DNA of 64,000 nt from Candidatus Bathyarchaeota archaeon (GTDB taxonomy: Archaea > Thermoproteota > Bathyarchaeia > Bathyarchaeales > Bathycorpusculaceae), in NCBI GenBank assembly GCA_963767735.1, contig CAVYES010000010.1, forward strand, positions 1 to 64,000, in the 5' to 3' direction. The position numbers and the translations under genes are program-made. Of the stretch, positions 28,224-40,843 are shown piece by piece (position 1 is the stretch's first letter; every line of letters begins with the position of its first letter). Under the pieces are notes generated by a model. It was given only the letters and a program-made list of their open reading frames with translations, was not told the DNA's origin and made no database searches.

Positions 28224-29034
28224 TTGTTAACAGTTGATATGCAAAATATCGATCCACTTTTTATTCTGCAACCTGTTTTCGTAATCGTTATTTGTTCTGC
28301 ACTTTTGGTTTTTTGGTATGTTAAGCGACGTTTTCATCTGATGGTGCTTGTTTATTCTCTGGTTGCTTACGCCGTGGCCATCGCGCTTAAAGAGGCAGTG
28401 CAAATTCCAACTATCAATGAGGTAACTAATTATTTTGGCTCCCAAAGCGCTGGGTTAGGCGTCTATTTTGGGCTTCAAACCGTTTTCTTCGAGGTAGGTC
28501 TCGCTTACGTTGTTGCGTGGTATGTGGTTTCACATGGGATGCTGGAAAGAAAAGACGCTGAAGCTTACGGGGCAGGATTAGCTTTCTGGGAAAACGCCGC
28601 CTTGCTGGGCATCCTCTCGCTAATTAGCCTGGTCGCCTACTACAGCATTCTCTCAACAAACACACCACTTGCGCAAACAGTCTACGACCAACTAAACAAA
28701 AATGCACCAGGCCTCTTCGCACCAGCATCACAAGCACTTGTTTCAGTTGCTTATGGCACTCTTGAACGTGTTTCTTCGATTTTAATTCATTCCGCCTGGG
28801 GCTACCTCTGCTTTGCGGCTGCCTACTTGCACAAAAAACGGCTATTCCTAATTGCCTTGCCCATGGGATTTTGTTGATTTCCTGGTTCCGTTTGCTCAAA
28901 ACTTGGGACTTCCGCTTTTTGAAGCAATAGTTTTCGCGTTATCCGCCCTCTCGGTGTTAGTGGCGTGGTATGTAACCAGACAATTCAGAGTCAGAGCGGA
29001 AAACGAAACAGACAAGCCTAAAGTTAATGCTTGA
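28224..29034 (+). CDS. YhfC-like intramembrane metalloprotease, frameshift near 28870
   Basis: Multi-TM protein; FFEVG, GAGLAFWEN and ERVSSILIH motifs. Confidence 0.7.
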
Positions 29035-29102
29035 AAGGGCTGTTTTAAGCTTGCGAAAAGCTTATCCCTAAAACGCCGCAAATACCATTTGAGAGGGTTA
29101 GC

Positions 29103-29924
29103 ATGTCGCTGGAATCAGGCAAAAAACTAGGAACAACTGCCAGTTTAATAGCCGTTATCTTGCCAGTTATCGGGGTATTGGTGTATGTTTTTCTGTTTGT
29201 CTCGTCGGTATTTGCTTCGATTTCACCTGGAGCGAATTCTGCTGCTTCCCCAGCTTTCGTAATAATTCTGTTTGGGGTAATTGGAGTCATTGCCTTCGTA
29301 GGTTTTATCCTATTTGTGGTAGCAATGCATCGATTATCTCAGTATTATAATGAGCCAAGCATCTTCAAGAACACTCTATACGGATTCATCGTAAATATTG
29401 TTGGCGCAATAACTGCACTGATATTCTATATTGCTCTCACAACTTCCGTAACGCACAGTGTTCCTCAAGGCACCACTCAAGCAGCCGTTTTCACGCCCCT
29501 TCCAACCGTACCGCCTATACTGAACTCACTCGGACTAATTATCTCATTGATCTTAGCCTTAATTGGAATTGCCGTTATAATTGGAGTTGTCAGCGCAGTG
29601 TTTTACATGCGGGCTTTCAACAAACTTGGCGAAAAATCGGGAGTAGATAATTTCAAGACCACAGGGTTGCTCTACCTACTTGGGGTAGTGCTATCCATTG
29701 TTGGAGTAGGAGTGTTGTTAATGTGGATAGCGTGGATTCTTGCCCTAATAGGCTTCCATTCACTAAAACCAAAAATACCCGAAGCCTCAACCTTTGCATA
29801 TCCTACCTTAACTCCTTCATCAACAATGCCTGACGTCTCGCAAAAGAGGTATTGCCCCTACTGTGGAGCAGAAAATATTCCTGGCTCACTTTATTGCCGG
29901 TCCTGCGGCAAGCAACTACAATGA
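29103..29924 (+). CDS. DUF996-like membrane protein with C-terminal zinc ribbon
   Basis: LSQYYNEPSIFKN and SGVDNFKTTG segments; CPYCG...CRSCG. Confidence 0.8.
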   Translation: MSLESGKKLGTTASLIAVILPVIGVLVYVFLFVSSVFASISPGANSAASPAFVIILFGVIGVIAFVGFILFVVAMHRLSQYYNEPSIFKNTLYGFIVNIVGAITALIFYIALTTSVTHSVPQGTTQAAVFTPLPTVPPILNSLGLIISLILALIGIAVIIGVVSAVFYMRAFNKLGEKSGVDNFKTTGLLYLLGVVLSIVGVGVLLMWIAWILALIGFHSLKPKIPEASTFAYPTLTPSSTMPDVSQKRYCPYCGAENIPGSLYCRSCGKQLQ

Positions 29925-30050
29925 AGCAAGACATAATCAGAAAAGCAAGTTCATTTGCTTTTTAAGACAGATTTTTCTCTGAATTTGGTTTTGATAAAAA
30001 ATCTTATATCTAAGTGATTGTTCCTTTGTGAGTAGAAGTTGTGATTATTT

Positions 30051-31031
30051 ATGGCTGTTAAAACAACCCCTGACTATATTGACTTATTAAACAGAGCGGT
30101 GGAACGTGAAATCCAAGTTTCACTCCAGTATATGCTTCAACATGCAAAAATGGAAAAGCTCGTGCGCAAAACCATCCCTGAAAACATCCTTCTCGACAAA
30201 ACCACCTATGATGCAGTGGGAAAGTTTCTAAGAGAAATCGCCATCCAAGAAATGAAACATGCTGCAAGCATTATTGAACGCATTTACTATCTTGGTGGGC
30301 AAGCAACAACTAAATCAGGCAAAGTTACTATTGGCGAAAGCATAAGCGAATTTGCCAAATTAGGCGTCAAAGCTGAAGAAGAAGCCTTAAGTCTTTACCG
30401 CCAAATTATCGAGACCGCCGGGAAAATGGGCGATTGGGAAACACGCGAGCTCTTCGAAAAAATATACGGTGAAGAAGAAGGACACCTCTTCAAATTCCAA
30501 GAATACACAAAGTTCCATGACGAGAAAGATGAGCCGAGCAAAGTGCCAATTGATGAATGGCGCAAAATATATACGGATGATTACTTCGCGCTCTTAAACA
30601 AGGCTGTCGCGGGAGAAATTACAGGAATCATCCAATACACAAATCAGCATGAGAAAATGGCGTTCATGGAACTCCGAATGAAAAATACACCATTAGAAAC
30701 TGTCACTGAAACCAACTACGCCGCGGTTGCAAGCAAAATACTCAAAGGAGTCTTCATGCAAGAAATGGATCATCTAGAAAAAATCAGTGAACGCATTTAC
30801 TTACTTGAAGGCGAAGCAACATACAAGCCAGATCCACTGCCAGTTATCGGCGAAACACCTTTGGATTTCATGAAATTGGATCACGCATTAGAAAGCATCA
30901 CAATATCGCTATATCGACAAATCGTCGCTGAAGCACTCAAACGCGGCGATACAACAACAAGACGCCTGTTCGAAGACATAATTCTTCAAGAAGAAGATCA
31001 CTACTGGACATTCGACGATTTCGTAAAATAA
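30051..31031 (+). CDS. Tandem two-domain ferritin/bacterioferritin-like protein
   Basis: Two copies of E..QY / QEMxH..ERI / E / EExH diiron motifs. Confidence 0.88.
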   Translation: MAVKTTPDYIDLLNRAVEREIQVSLQYMLQHAKMEKLVRKTIPENILLDKTTYDAVGKFLREIAIQEMKHAASIIERIYYLGGQATTKSGKVTIGESISEFAKLGVKAEEEALSLYRQIIETAGKMGDWETRELFEKIYGEEEGHLFKFQEYTKFHDEKDEPSKVPIDEWRKIYTDDYFALLNKAVAGEITGIIQYTNQHEKMAFMELRMKNTPLETVTETNYAAVASKILKGVFMQEMDHLEKISERIYLLEGEATYKPDPLPVIGETPLDFMKLDHALESITISLYRQIVAEALKRGDTTTRRLFEDIILQEEDHYWTFDDFVK

Positions 31032-31081
31032 AACAAAATTCCTCTCTTTTCTTTTGGATCGAAATTTCAAGGCAGTTTTTT

Positions 31082-32512
31082 CAGTAGATGGAAAAGTAGT
31101 TTATGATTCTGATGCTTCATTCACATCGTAATCATAACAATTCCTCGATCGGAGCGTTCTAAGCAAGCTTTTTCATTGAACAGTTTTATATCCTGAAGGC
31201 TTGAATAGTTGAGAAAGTGGCGGAGTTTAGGGTCTGATCTACGCGATCGAGTCCCTCGAACTGCATCTGAGAATGCTTACCGTCGAGGTGGCCCTAACCC
31301 GCCAATAACAAAGCCTTCAAAATGCACAGCCAACCGCGTCAACGTCAAAACTGGCCTATCAAACGCCTTCTTCAAAGCCCTGCAGAGCAGAAAGTTAGCG
31401 TAATGCCAAACATTGTAGAGCAGCACAGAAGCCATCTGGTAGAGCAGCCTAAGCTTGTAGTTGGTGCTTGTAGTTTTAGCCTGAGCATTATCCTGCACAC
31501 GATAACCAGTCTCAATACCCCACCTCCGCCTGTACTCAGAAGGAATAGACGACGGCAACGCAAGAGCCAAAGACCTTGGAAGATTCGTTGCAAAACCAAA
31601 ATAGAGATCACAAACAGTAAGCTTCTTCTTTTTCGGCAACTGCCCTGCTGGTCGTTTATAGATGTAGAGAGTGAAGCTGACGCTTTTTCTTTTATTGCCC
31701 AAAGTGAAACGTTTGGCTCGCTGCTTCTGGTCATAGTTCATCATTGCTTCTTTGACTGTGCCATTCTTAACCGCTGGAATGATGAAATAGACGCCTAAAC
31801 TCTTGAGCATAGTAATGACGTCTACTGTGAAGAATGCGCGGTCAAGCAGCACTATACTGATGTGTACCCCTCTTGCCTTTGCTTCAAAGAGTAGTTTCTC
31901 TACAACCTGTGCTTTCTCGCTGAACTGGTTTACGGTAATAGAGTAGATTGCTAATCGTCTTCCGGCTTCAACAATATCCATGCTGGCATACGTGTAGCCC
32001 CAATTTGTTCCTCTCTCCTGTTTGCCGCCTATCACATTCTTAGCGTCTGGGTTTCCGTAGAACGGTTGCCTGGTATAATCAATTGCAACCACTGCTTTGC
32101 GTCTGAAGATGCTATAGCATCGTAGGATGAGTAGAACCTGATCGTTTGCTTCTATAAGTGAGTCTCGAATCTGCTTCTCAGCTAAACGCTCTATTCTTCC
32201 TCTGAAGGTTCTTCCCGTGGGAACCTTGTTTGGCATAGCGCATTTTTCTGAGAGGTCTAATAAGCCGCCTTCAGCGTAGCTTTGGGAGAGCGAGAGTTGG
32301 ATTAGACATTGGTTGATATGACTGCTGGTGTAGAGGCTGTTTTTGGCTGCTGGAAACTGCAGGTAGTTGTTGAGCAGGTTGGCTGTGAACTTGAAGACTT
32401 TGCTTGAAACTTTTCGTTCTTTTGATTTACGCTTTATCGTCTGAGCGCAAGATCTCAATTGTTTGCACTAAAATACTAATATCAAACCCTTAAGCTACTT
32501 TTCCATCTACTG
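31082..32512 (-). mobile_element. ISH3-like (IS4-related) insertion sequence
   Basis: 18-bp perfect terminal IR CAGTAGATGGAAAAGTAG (31082-31099 / 32495-32512), with T-runs on both flanks consistent with a target duplication. Confidence 0.92.
31277..32458 (-). CDS. DDE transposase (ISH3-like)
   Basis: VAIDYT, LLDRAF and YRRRWGIETGYR motifs. Confidence 0.93.
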   Translation of the reverse strand: MRSCAQTIKRKSKERKVSSKVFKFTANLLNNYLQFPAAKNSLYTSSHINQCLIQLSLSQSYAEGGLLDLSEKCAMPNKVPTGRTFRGRIERLAEKQIRDSLIEANDQVLLILRCYSIFRRKAVVAIDYTRQPFYGNPDAKNVIGGKQERGTNWGYTYASMDIVEAGRRLAIYSITVNQFSEKAQVVEKLLFEAKARGVHISIVLLDRAFFTVDVITMLKSLGVYFIIPAVKNGTVKEAMMNYDQKQRAKRFTLGNKRKSVSFTLYIYKRPAGQLPKKKKLTVCDLYFGFATNLPRSLALALPSSIPSEYRRRWGIETGYRVQDNAQAKTTSTNYKLRLLYQMASVLLYNVWHYANFLLCRALKKAFDRPVLTLTRLAVHFEGFVIGGLGPPRR

Positions 32513-32572
32513 TTTTTTCCGAAACCTTAATTTCAATGATTAAGCAACAGTAGATGTGGCAGAGGCGAAGTA

Positions 32573-32710
32573 ATGCCAGAAAAAAATAAGCCTCGTTGTA
32601 TGAACTGCGGAAATTTTATCGACGATTGTATTTGCGTTTGCCCGTACTGCGGAGAAACCGTTAAATGTACTTGCTGTATAGGCACCGATAAAGCATCAGG
32701 CGGCGGCTAA
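32573..32710 (+). CDS. 45-aa Cys-rich microprotein MPEKNKPRCMNCGNFIDDCICVCPYCGETVKCTCCIGTDKASGGG
   Basis: Translated by hand; 9 Cys including two CxxCG; GAGG upstream. Confidence 0.8.
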   Translation: MPEKNKPRCMNCGNFIDDCICVCPYCGETVKCTCCIGTDKASGGG

Positions 32711-32747
32711 ACCGTCCTTTAGATAAAATTATGATAGGTAAAGCAAA

Positions 32748-35631
<2,884 letters not shown>

Positions 35632-36040
35632 AAAAACAGATACTTCATAAAAGAGGCGTAAGAAGCCTCTCCTTTCTCCTCGAACCTTCTCCTCAAACAA
35701 CCATTGGTCAAAACTGCTTATAAATCGCTATTTCCACAATCGATATATATCCAACTAAAAATGCTTTACTAAGGTTTTCTTTCTGCCTCTTCGGAACATT
35801 AGCATTTGGCACCAATATTTTTGCACCTTATTTTTTGAAGTCAGCCATGCTAGACTCGAAATAATTTAATTATTTTGCGCAAGCTTTAATCCAACTAGTA
35901 TTTACGCTAAAATGGGTTTTTTTGGGGAAAAAAGGCTTTTCTGGATTATTTTATTTTATCTTTTTTGTTTATTTTTTATGGGAACTATTGTTGTCTTAAT
36001 AGGCTATATTTCCAAATTAATGTTAAATCAACTTATATAT

Positions 36041-36088
36041 GCGCTAAATATAGTGTATTCGATAAGTTGTTGACACTACAGATATAAC
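36041..36088. promoter_or_regulatory. Tandem NrdR boxes
   Basis: GCGCTAAATATAGTGT (36041-36056) and the weaker ACACTACAGATATAAC (36073-36088) start 32 bp apart and match the acaCwAtATaTwGtgt consensus; directly upstream of nrdR. Confidence 0.7.
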
Positions 36089-36110
36089 AAAGCATGAGTA
36101 TGTTAAACCT

Positions 36111-36557
36111 ATGAGATGTCCATACTGCAACTCTGAAAACTCCAAAACCTTGGAAACGCGCGATTCGCCAGAGAATACTACGCGCAGGCGCAGAGAATGC
36201 ATCAGTTGCGGAAAACGCTTCACGACCTACGAGTACGTGGAAACCGTAGAGCTTATGGTGAGAAAAAAAGACGGCAGGCTTGAACGCTTCGACGTTAACA
36301 AGATAATCCGTGGCTTGCAGAAAGCATGCGAGAAAAGGCCTGTAACCATGAGCCAAATCAACGAGTTAGCAGGACAAGTAAGGCAGGACGTTATGCTTAA
36401 AGACACTGAAGAAGTCTCATCCCAAGAAATCGGAGATTTAATCATGAAGCACCTAAAAAACGTCGACCGCATAGCATACATTCGGTTTGCTTCAGTTTAC
36501 AAGAAGTTTGAAGAGCCTGAAGACTTCAGGCGGTTACTCCTTGAGGTGAAAAAATGA
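36111..36557 (+). CDS. nrdR: Transcriptional repressor NrdR
   Basis: MRCPYC...RRRREC..CGKRFTTYE zinc ribbon, ATP cone and AYIRFASVY. Confidence 0.97.
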   Translation: MRCPYCNSENSKTLETRDSPENTTRRRRECISCGKRFTTYEYVETVELMVRKKDGRLERFDVNKIIRGLQKACEKRPVTMSQINELAGQVRQDVMLKDTEEVSSQEIGDLIMKHLKNVDRIAYIRFASVYKKFEEPEDFRRLLLEVKK

Positions 36558-38708
36558 AGTTTGTATTAAAACGTGATAGTAAATTAGAATCCTTCGACCA
36601 AGAACGTATAACAAACGCCATTTGGAAAGCCGCAAAAGCAGTAGGCGGAACAGACAAAGAGCTAGCAAAACGCTTAAGCGACGAAGTAGTGGCTGAACTG
36701 CAAAAAACTTACGGCGACGATGGAGTGCCCACAGTTGAGGAAATCCAAGATGTCGTTGAAAAACGTTTAATCGAAAATGGGCATGCACAGACGGCGAAAG
36801 CCTACATTCTCTATAGAAAACAGCATACTGACATGCGTGAGTTAGCAGCATTGCTGAGCTCCTCAGACATGGTGGACCAGTACCTTGAGGTTGAGGACTG
36901 GCGGGTTAAAGAAAACAGCAACATGAGCTATTCCCTGCAGGGATTGAACAATTATCTATCATCCACTGTGATAGCTAAGTACTGGATATCAAGGATTTAC
37001 CCCCAAAATATTGCTGACGCACACTTTTCAGGCGACATGCATATTCACGATTTAGGCGTATTAGGAGCATACTGTGTCGGCTGGGACGTAAGCGAACTAT
37101 TGCTTTCAGGATTCGGCGGTGTATCAGGTAAAATTGAGAGCAAACCAGCAAAACATTTCCGGACAGCATTGGGTCAGGTTGTGAACTTTTTCTATACGTT
37201 GCAGGGTGAAGCAGCAGGAGCGCAGGCGTTTAGCAACTTTGACACTTACCTTGCTCCATTCATACGATATGATAAACTGACACAGAAGGATGTTGAGCAG
37301 GCGCTTCAGGAATTCTTCTTCAACATGAACGTGCCGACCCGAGTGGGTTTCCAGACACCCTTTACCAATTTAACGTTAGATTTGACTGTGCCAGACTTCA
37401 TGAAGAACGAGGCGGTTCTTTTCAATGGAAAGGTAACCCAAGATACATACGGCGACATGACTAAGGAAATGGAAATGTTCAATTTAGCCTTCGCTGAAGT
37501 CATGCGGCAAGGCGACTCGAAAGGCAGAGTTTTCACTTTCCCAATTCCCACATACAACATAACTAAAGATTTCAATTGGGATTCACCTGTAGCTCAAGCC
37601 ATCTTTGAAGTCACAGCCAAGTATGGTGTGCCGTACTTCTCAAATTTTGTTAACAGCGACATGAAACCTGAAGATGTGCGCAGTATGTGCTGCCGCCTAA
37701 GAATAGACAACCGCGAGTTACGCAAGCGGGGCGGCGGATTCTTCGGCGCCAACCCATTAACAGGCAGCATAGGCGTTGTTACCTTGAACATTCCAAGAAT
37801 CGGCTACTTATCCAAGGATGAGGACGAATTCTTTGAGCGTTTAGAAAACCTGATGGAAGTTGCAAAATCAAGTTTGGAAATTAAGCGTAAAGTGCTTGAA
37901 GCGTTTACAGATAACGGTTTATACCCGTATTCAAGGCGTTACCTGCGTCATGTGAAAGAAGGCTATGGCAAGTATTGGAAGAACCACTTTTCCACCATAG
38001 GCATAGTAGGCGTGAATGAAGCAATCATAAACTTGCTAGGGCAAAATATTGCGTCGCGTGATGGACAAGCTTTCGCCGTTAAAATGTTAGATTTCATGCG
38101 GAACCGTTTAGCAGATTATCAAGAGGAAACAGGCAGCATCTACAATCTTGAAGCAACCCCTGCTGAAGGCACATCTTACAGGCTTGCCCGCATAGACAAA
38201 CGCCGATACAAAGACATCATATTCGCTAACCAAAAACAAGTAATCGCAGACCATGCAGAACCATTCTACACAAATTCTTCCCAGCTGCCCGTTGACTTCT
38301 GCCGGCGACCTCTTCGAAGCGCTGGAACATCAGGAAACTTTGCAGACGCTCTACACTGGAGGTACCGTGTTTCACATTTTCCTTGGCGAGAGGCTTAACT
38401 CTTGGAAAGCTGCCGCCGAACTAATCAAAAAAGTAGCTTGGAACTCAAAGCTGCCCTACTTCACGTTAACGCCGACTTTCAGCGTTTGCCCAACCCACGG
38501 CTACACAAACGGCGAACACAAACTTTGCCCAACCTGCGGAGCAAACTGCGAAGTCTACTCACGAGTAGTCGGCTACTTACGACCAGTTGACCAATGGAAC
38601 GATGGAAAACAAGCAGAATTCGCTATACGCAAAACCTTCGACCGATCAACCATAATGACTCGCATCCCCTCAAACATCTATAGAGGAAAGGTAAAAAATG
38701 AAGTTTAG
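36554..38708 (+). CDS. nrdD: Class III anaerobic ribonucleoside-triphosphate reductase, frameshift near 38299
   Basis: ATP cone, SMCCRL, EATPAEG, C-terminal CxxH/CxxC and SRVVGYLRP glycyl-radical loop. Confidence 0.95.
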
Positions 38709-39375
38709 CGGATTACAGAAAACAAGCCTTCTCGACTACCCCGATAAAGTAGCCAGCGTGCTGTTCACTCCAGGCTGCAACCTGCGTTGCCCGTTCTGCC
38801 ATAACTGGCGCATAGCCGTAGATCCGCAGCCGCCGTTTCTGCAGGAAGCTGCTGCACTTGAAATCTTGGAAAGACGCAGAAAATACGTTGACGCGGTAGT
38901 GGTGACTGGCGGAGAACCATGCATGCATAAGGAGTTGCCGAAATTCCTCGCTAAACTTAAGGAACGCGGCTTTATGGTTAAATTGGATACGAACGGTTTC
39001 TACCCAGAAGTGCTTGAGGAATGCCTTGGCAGCGTAGATTACGTTGCTATGGACGTAAAAACCTGCAAGGAAAAATACAAGCTGCTCGGCGCCCAAGACA
39101 CAGCTGGGCTTATGCGAACCATGGAAATCCTAAAAACAGGCAAGGTACCCTACGAATTCAGAACAACCGTAGTGCCAGAAATAGTCACCGCCCAAGACGC
39201 CACATGCATCGGCGAACTGGTAAAAGGCTCAAAAAACCATGCACTCCAACAATTCATCCCACAAGATACACTGGATAAAAGATTCCAAACACTCAAACCT
39301 TACGCGCCAGAAACAATCAATGACTTCGCAGAAATAATCCGTAAATACACAGAAAACATTTCTCTTCGTCTCTAA
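38698..39375 (+). CDS. nrdG: Anaerobic RNR activating radical SAM enzyme
   Basis: GCNLRCPFCHN, TGGEP, LDTNG; follows nrdD. Confidence 0.93.
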   Translation: MKFSGLQKTSLLDYPDKVASVLFTPGCNLRCPFCHNWRIAVDPQPPFLQEAAALEILERRRKYVDAVVVTGGEPCMHKELPKFLAKLKERGFMVKLDTNGFYPEVLEECLGSVDYVAMDVKTCKEKYKLLGAQDTAGLMRTMEILKTGKVPYEFRTTVVPEIVTAQDATCIGELVKGSKNHALQQFIPQDTLDKRFQTLKPYAPETINDFAEIIRKYTENISLRL

Positions 39376-39517
39376 AATTTAACAAAATTGCTTTGCTTCC
39401 ATTACTAATGAGCAATCGACAAAATGGAGACAACCAAATCGGAAAAATTCAAAACCTCTTCAAGTTGCATATCAATTTACCGAAAAAACTTTTATGTAAA
39501 CAATCACTTGTAATGTT

Positions 39518-40540
39518 ATGGCTAAATTTCTTTCTTGCAGTGAACTGTATGAAACGATTCAACGTAAATCCTCAGAGGCGAAAGAAATTTTATGGGTGTG
39601 TTCTCCAGATATTGGAACTGGTGCCCACAAGGTTTTCTCGCAAGAAATCCTAAAAAATCCTCCGTTAGATATTCGATTTGTTCTTCGACTTGATGATATA
39701 GCAATCAAGCGAGGCGAAACCGATCCCTATGAGATTCAATACTTTATCGAGCATTTTAGAGATGGCAGCATCAAATCTCATGATACTTTTCATTCAATCA
39801 TTTACATTTTTGATAATTCTGCGTTGATAACATCAGCCAGCTTGACGGTAACTGCTTTTGAACACAATACTGAAGCTGGAGTACTGCTTGATGGTTCAGA
39901 AGTAGAGGAAATTAAACGCTACTTTGAAGAAAGACTATGGGCAAACGCAAAAACGATAGGTGACTTGAAGAAACTAAAGAAAACATGGAATCTAACCCAA
40001 AAGACAACTGCAAATGTTAATTTGAATAAGATTAAGCTTCATACCAAAATCAAAGATTGGACAGATAATTACGTTAATGCTTGGTATATTGCGGTTCCAA
40101 ATCGGTTGTCCCAAAAGATTGAACATAAGATAAAGAAGGAAACGGGTTGGGCAAGGGAACTTTTGCTCATAGGTGACATTGGTTATAACGCTTTTAAGCA
40201 GTTAAAACTCGGTGACTTAACTTATCTTGCTAACCTGTACAAGAAAACTGGTAAAATAGAGATTGAATCAGCTCGGGTTTTTGACAAAAGCAAAGTGGAA
40301 ACTGACGAAGGGGATCTGCATGTTGCGTGCCAGGTGCAGAAAAACTATTTGCTTGAACGTGAACAGTTTAATGAGCTTTTAAAAAACATGAAAATTCCCT
40401 CAAGAACCTGCGAAACAATACTTAACGGAGAACAACTAAATCATCTGAACAGCACTCTCGTGCAAATTAAACACAAAAGAAAAATAAAACCCAAACTGAA
40501 AAACCAGAATTTCCCAAAAAAAGCTGTGCAAAAAGAGTAA
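39518..40540 (+). CDS. PLD-like domain protein with degenerate HKD motif
   Basis: VCSP...FHSIIYIFD..ALITSASLT...NTEAG. Confidence 0.75.
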   Translation: MAKFLSCSELYETIQRKSSEAKEILWVCSPDIGTGAHKVFSQEILKNPPLDIRFVLRLDDIAIKRGETDPYEIQYFIEHFRDGSIKSHDTFHSIIYIFDNSALITSASLTVTAFEHNTEAGVLLDGSEVEEIKRYFEERLWANAKTIGDLKKLKKTWNLTQKTTANVNLNKIKLHTKIKDWTDNYVNAWYIAVPNRLSQKIEHKIKKETGWARELLLIGDIGYNAFKQLKLGDLTYLANLYKKTGKIEIESARVFDKSKVETDEGDLHVACQVQKNYLLEREQFNELLKNMKIPSRTCETILNGEQLNHLNSTLVQIKHKRKIKPKLKNQNFPKKAVQKE

Positions 40541-40843
40541 CCTTAAGGTAAAAGTTAAATCGAAAATAAGGAAAACTTTTGGTGCGAACATTTTTTGTTC
40601 TGCAATGGACTTGGTCTATATTAATGTCAGTCTAAAATTTTAGGTCTGACCTGCACATTTACGCCTAAGACATTGTCAGTGTGTACACCCAAAAATATTT
40701 TCAATTTAGGTGCTTTCGTGCTTAACAGTGGTTTTGTTGGGATTTAACAAACGCTTTTTTACATGGTTTAATTAATCCTCTGTCGAAGAGGCGAGAGGCT
40801 GTCCGTTAAACAATCAGGCACATCGGAAGGCGAAAACCAACAT

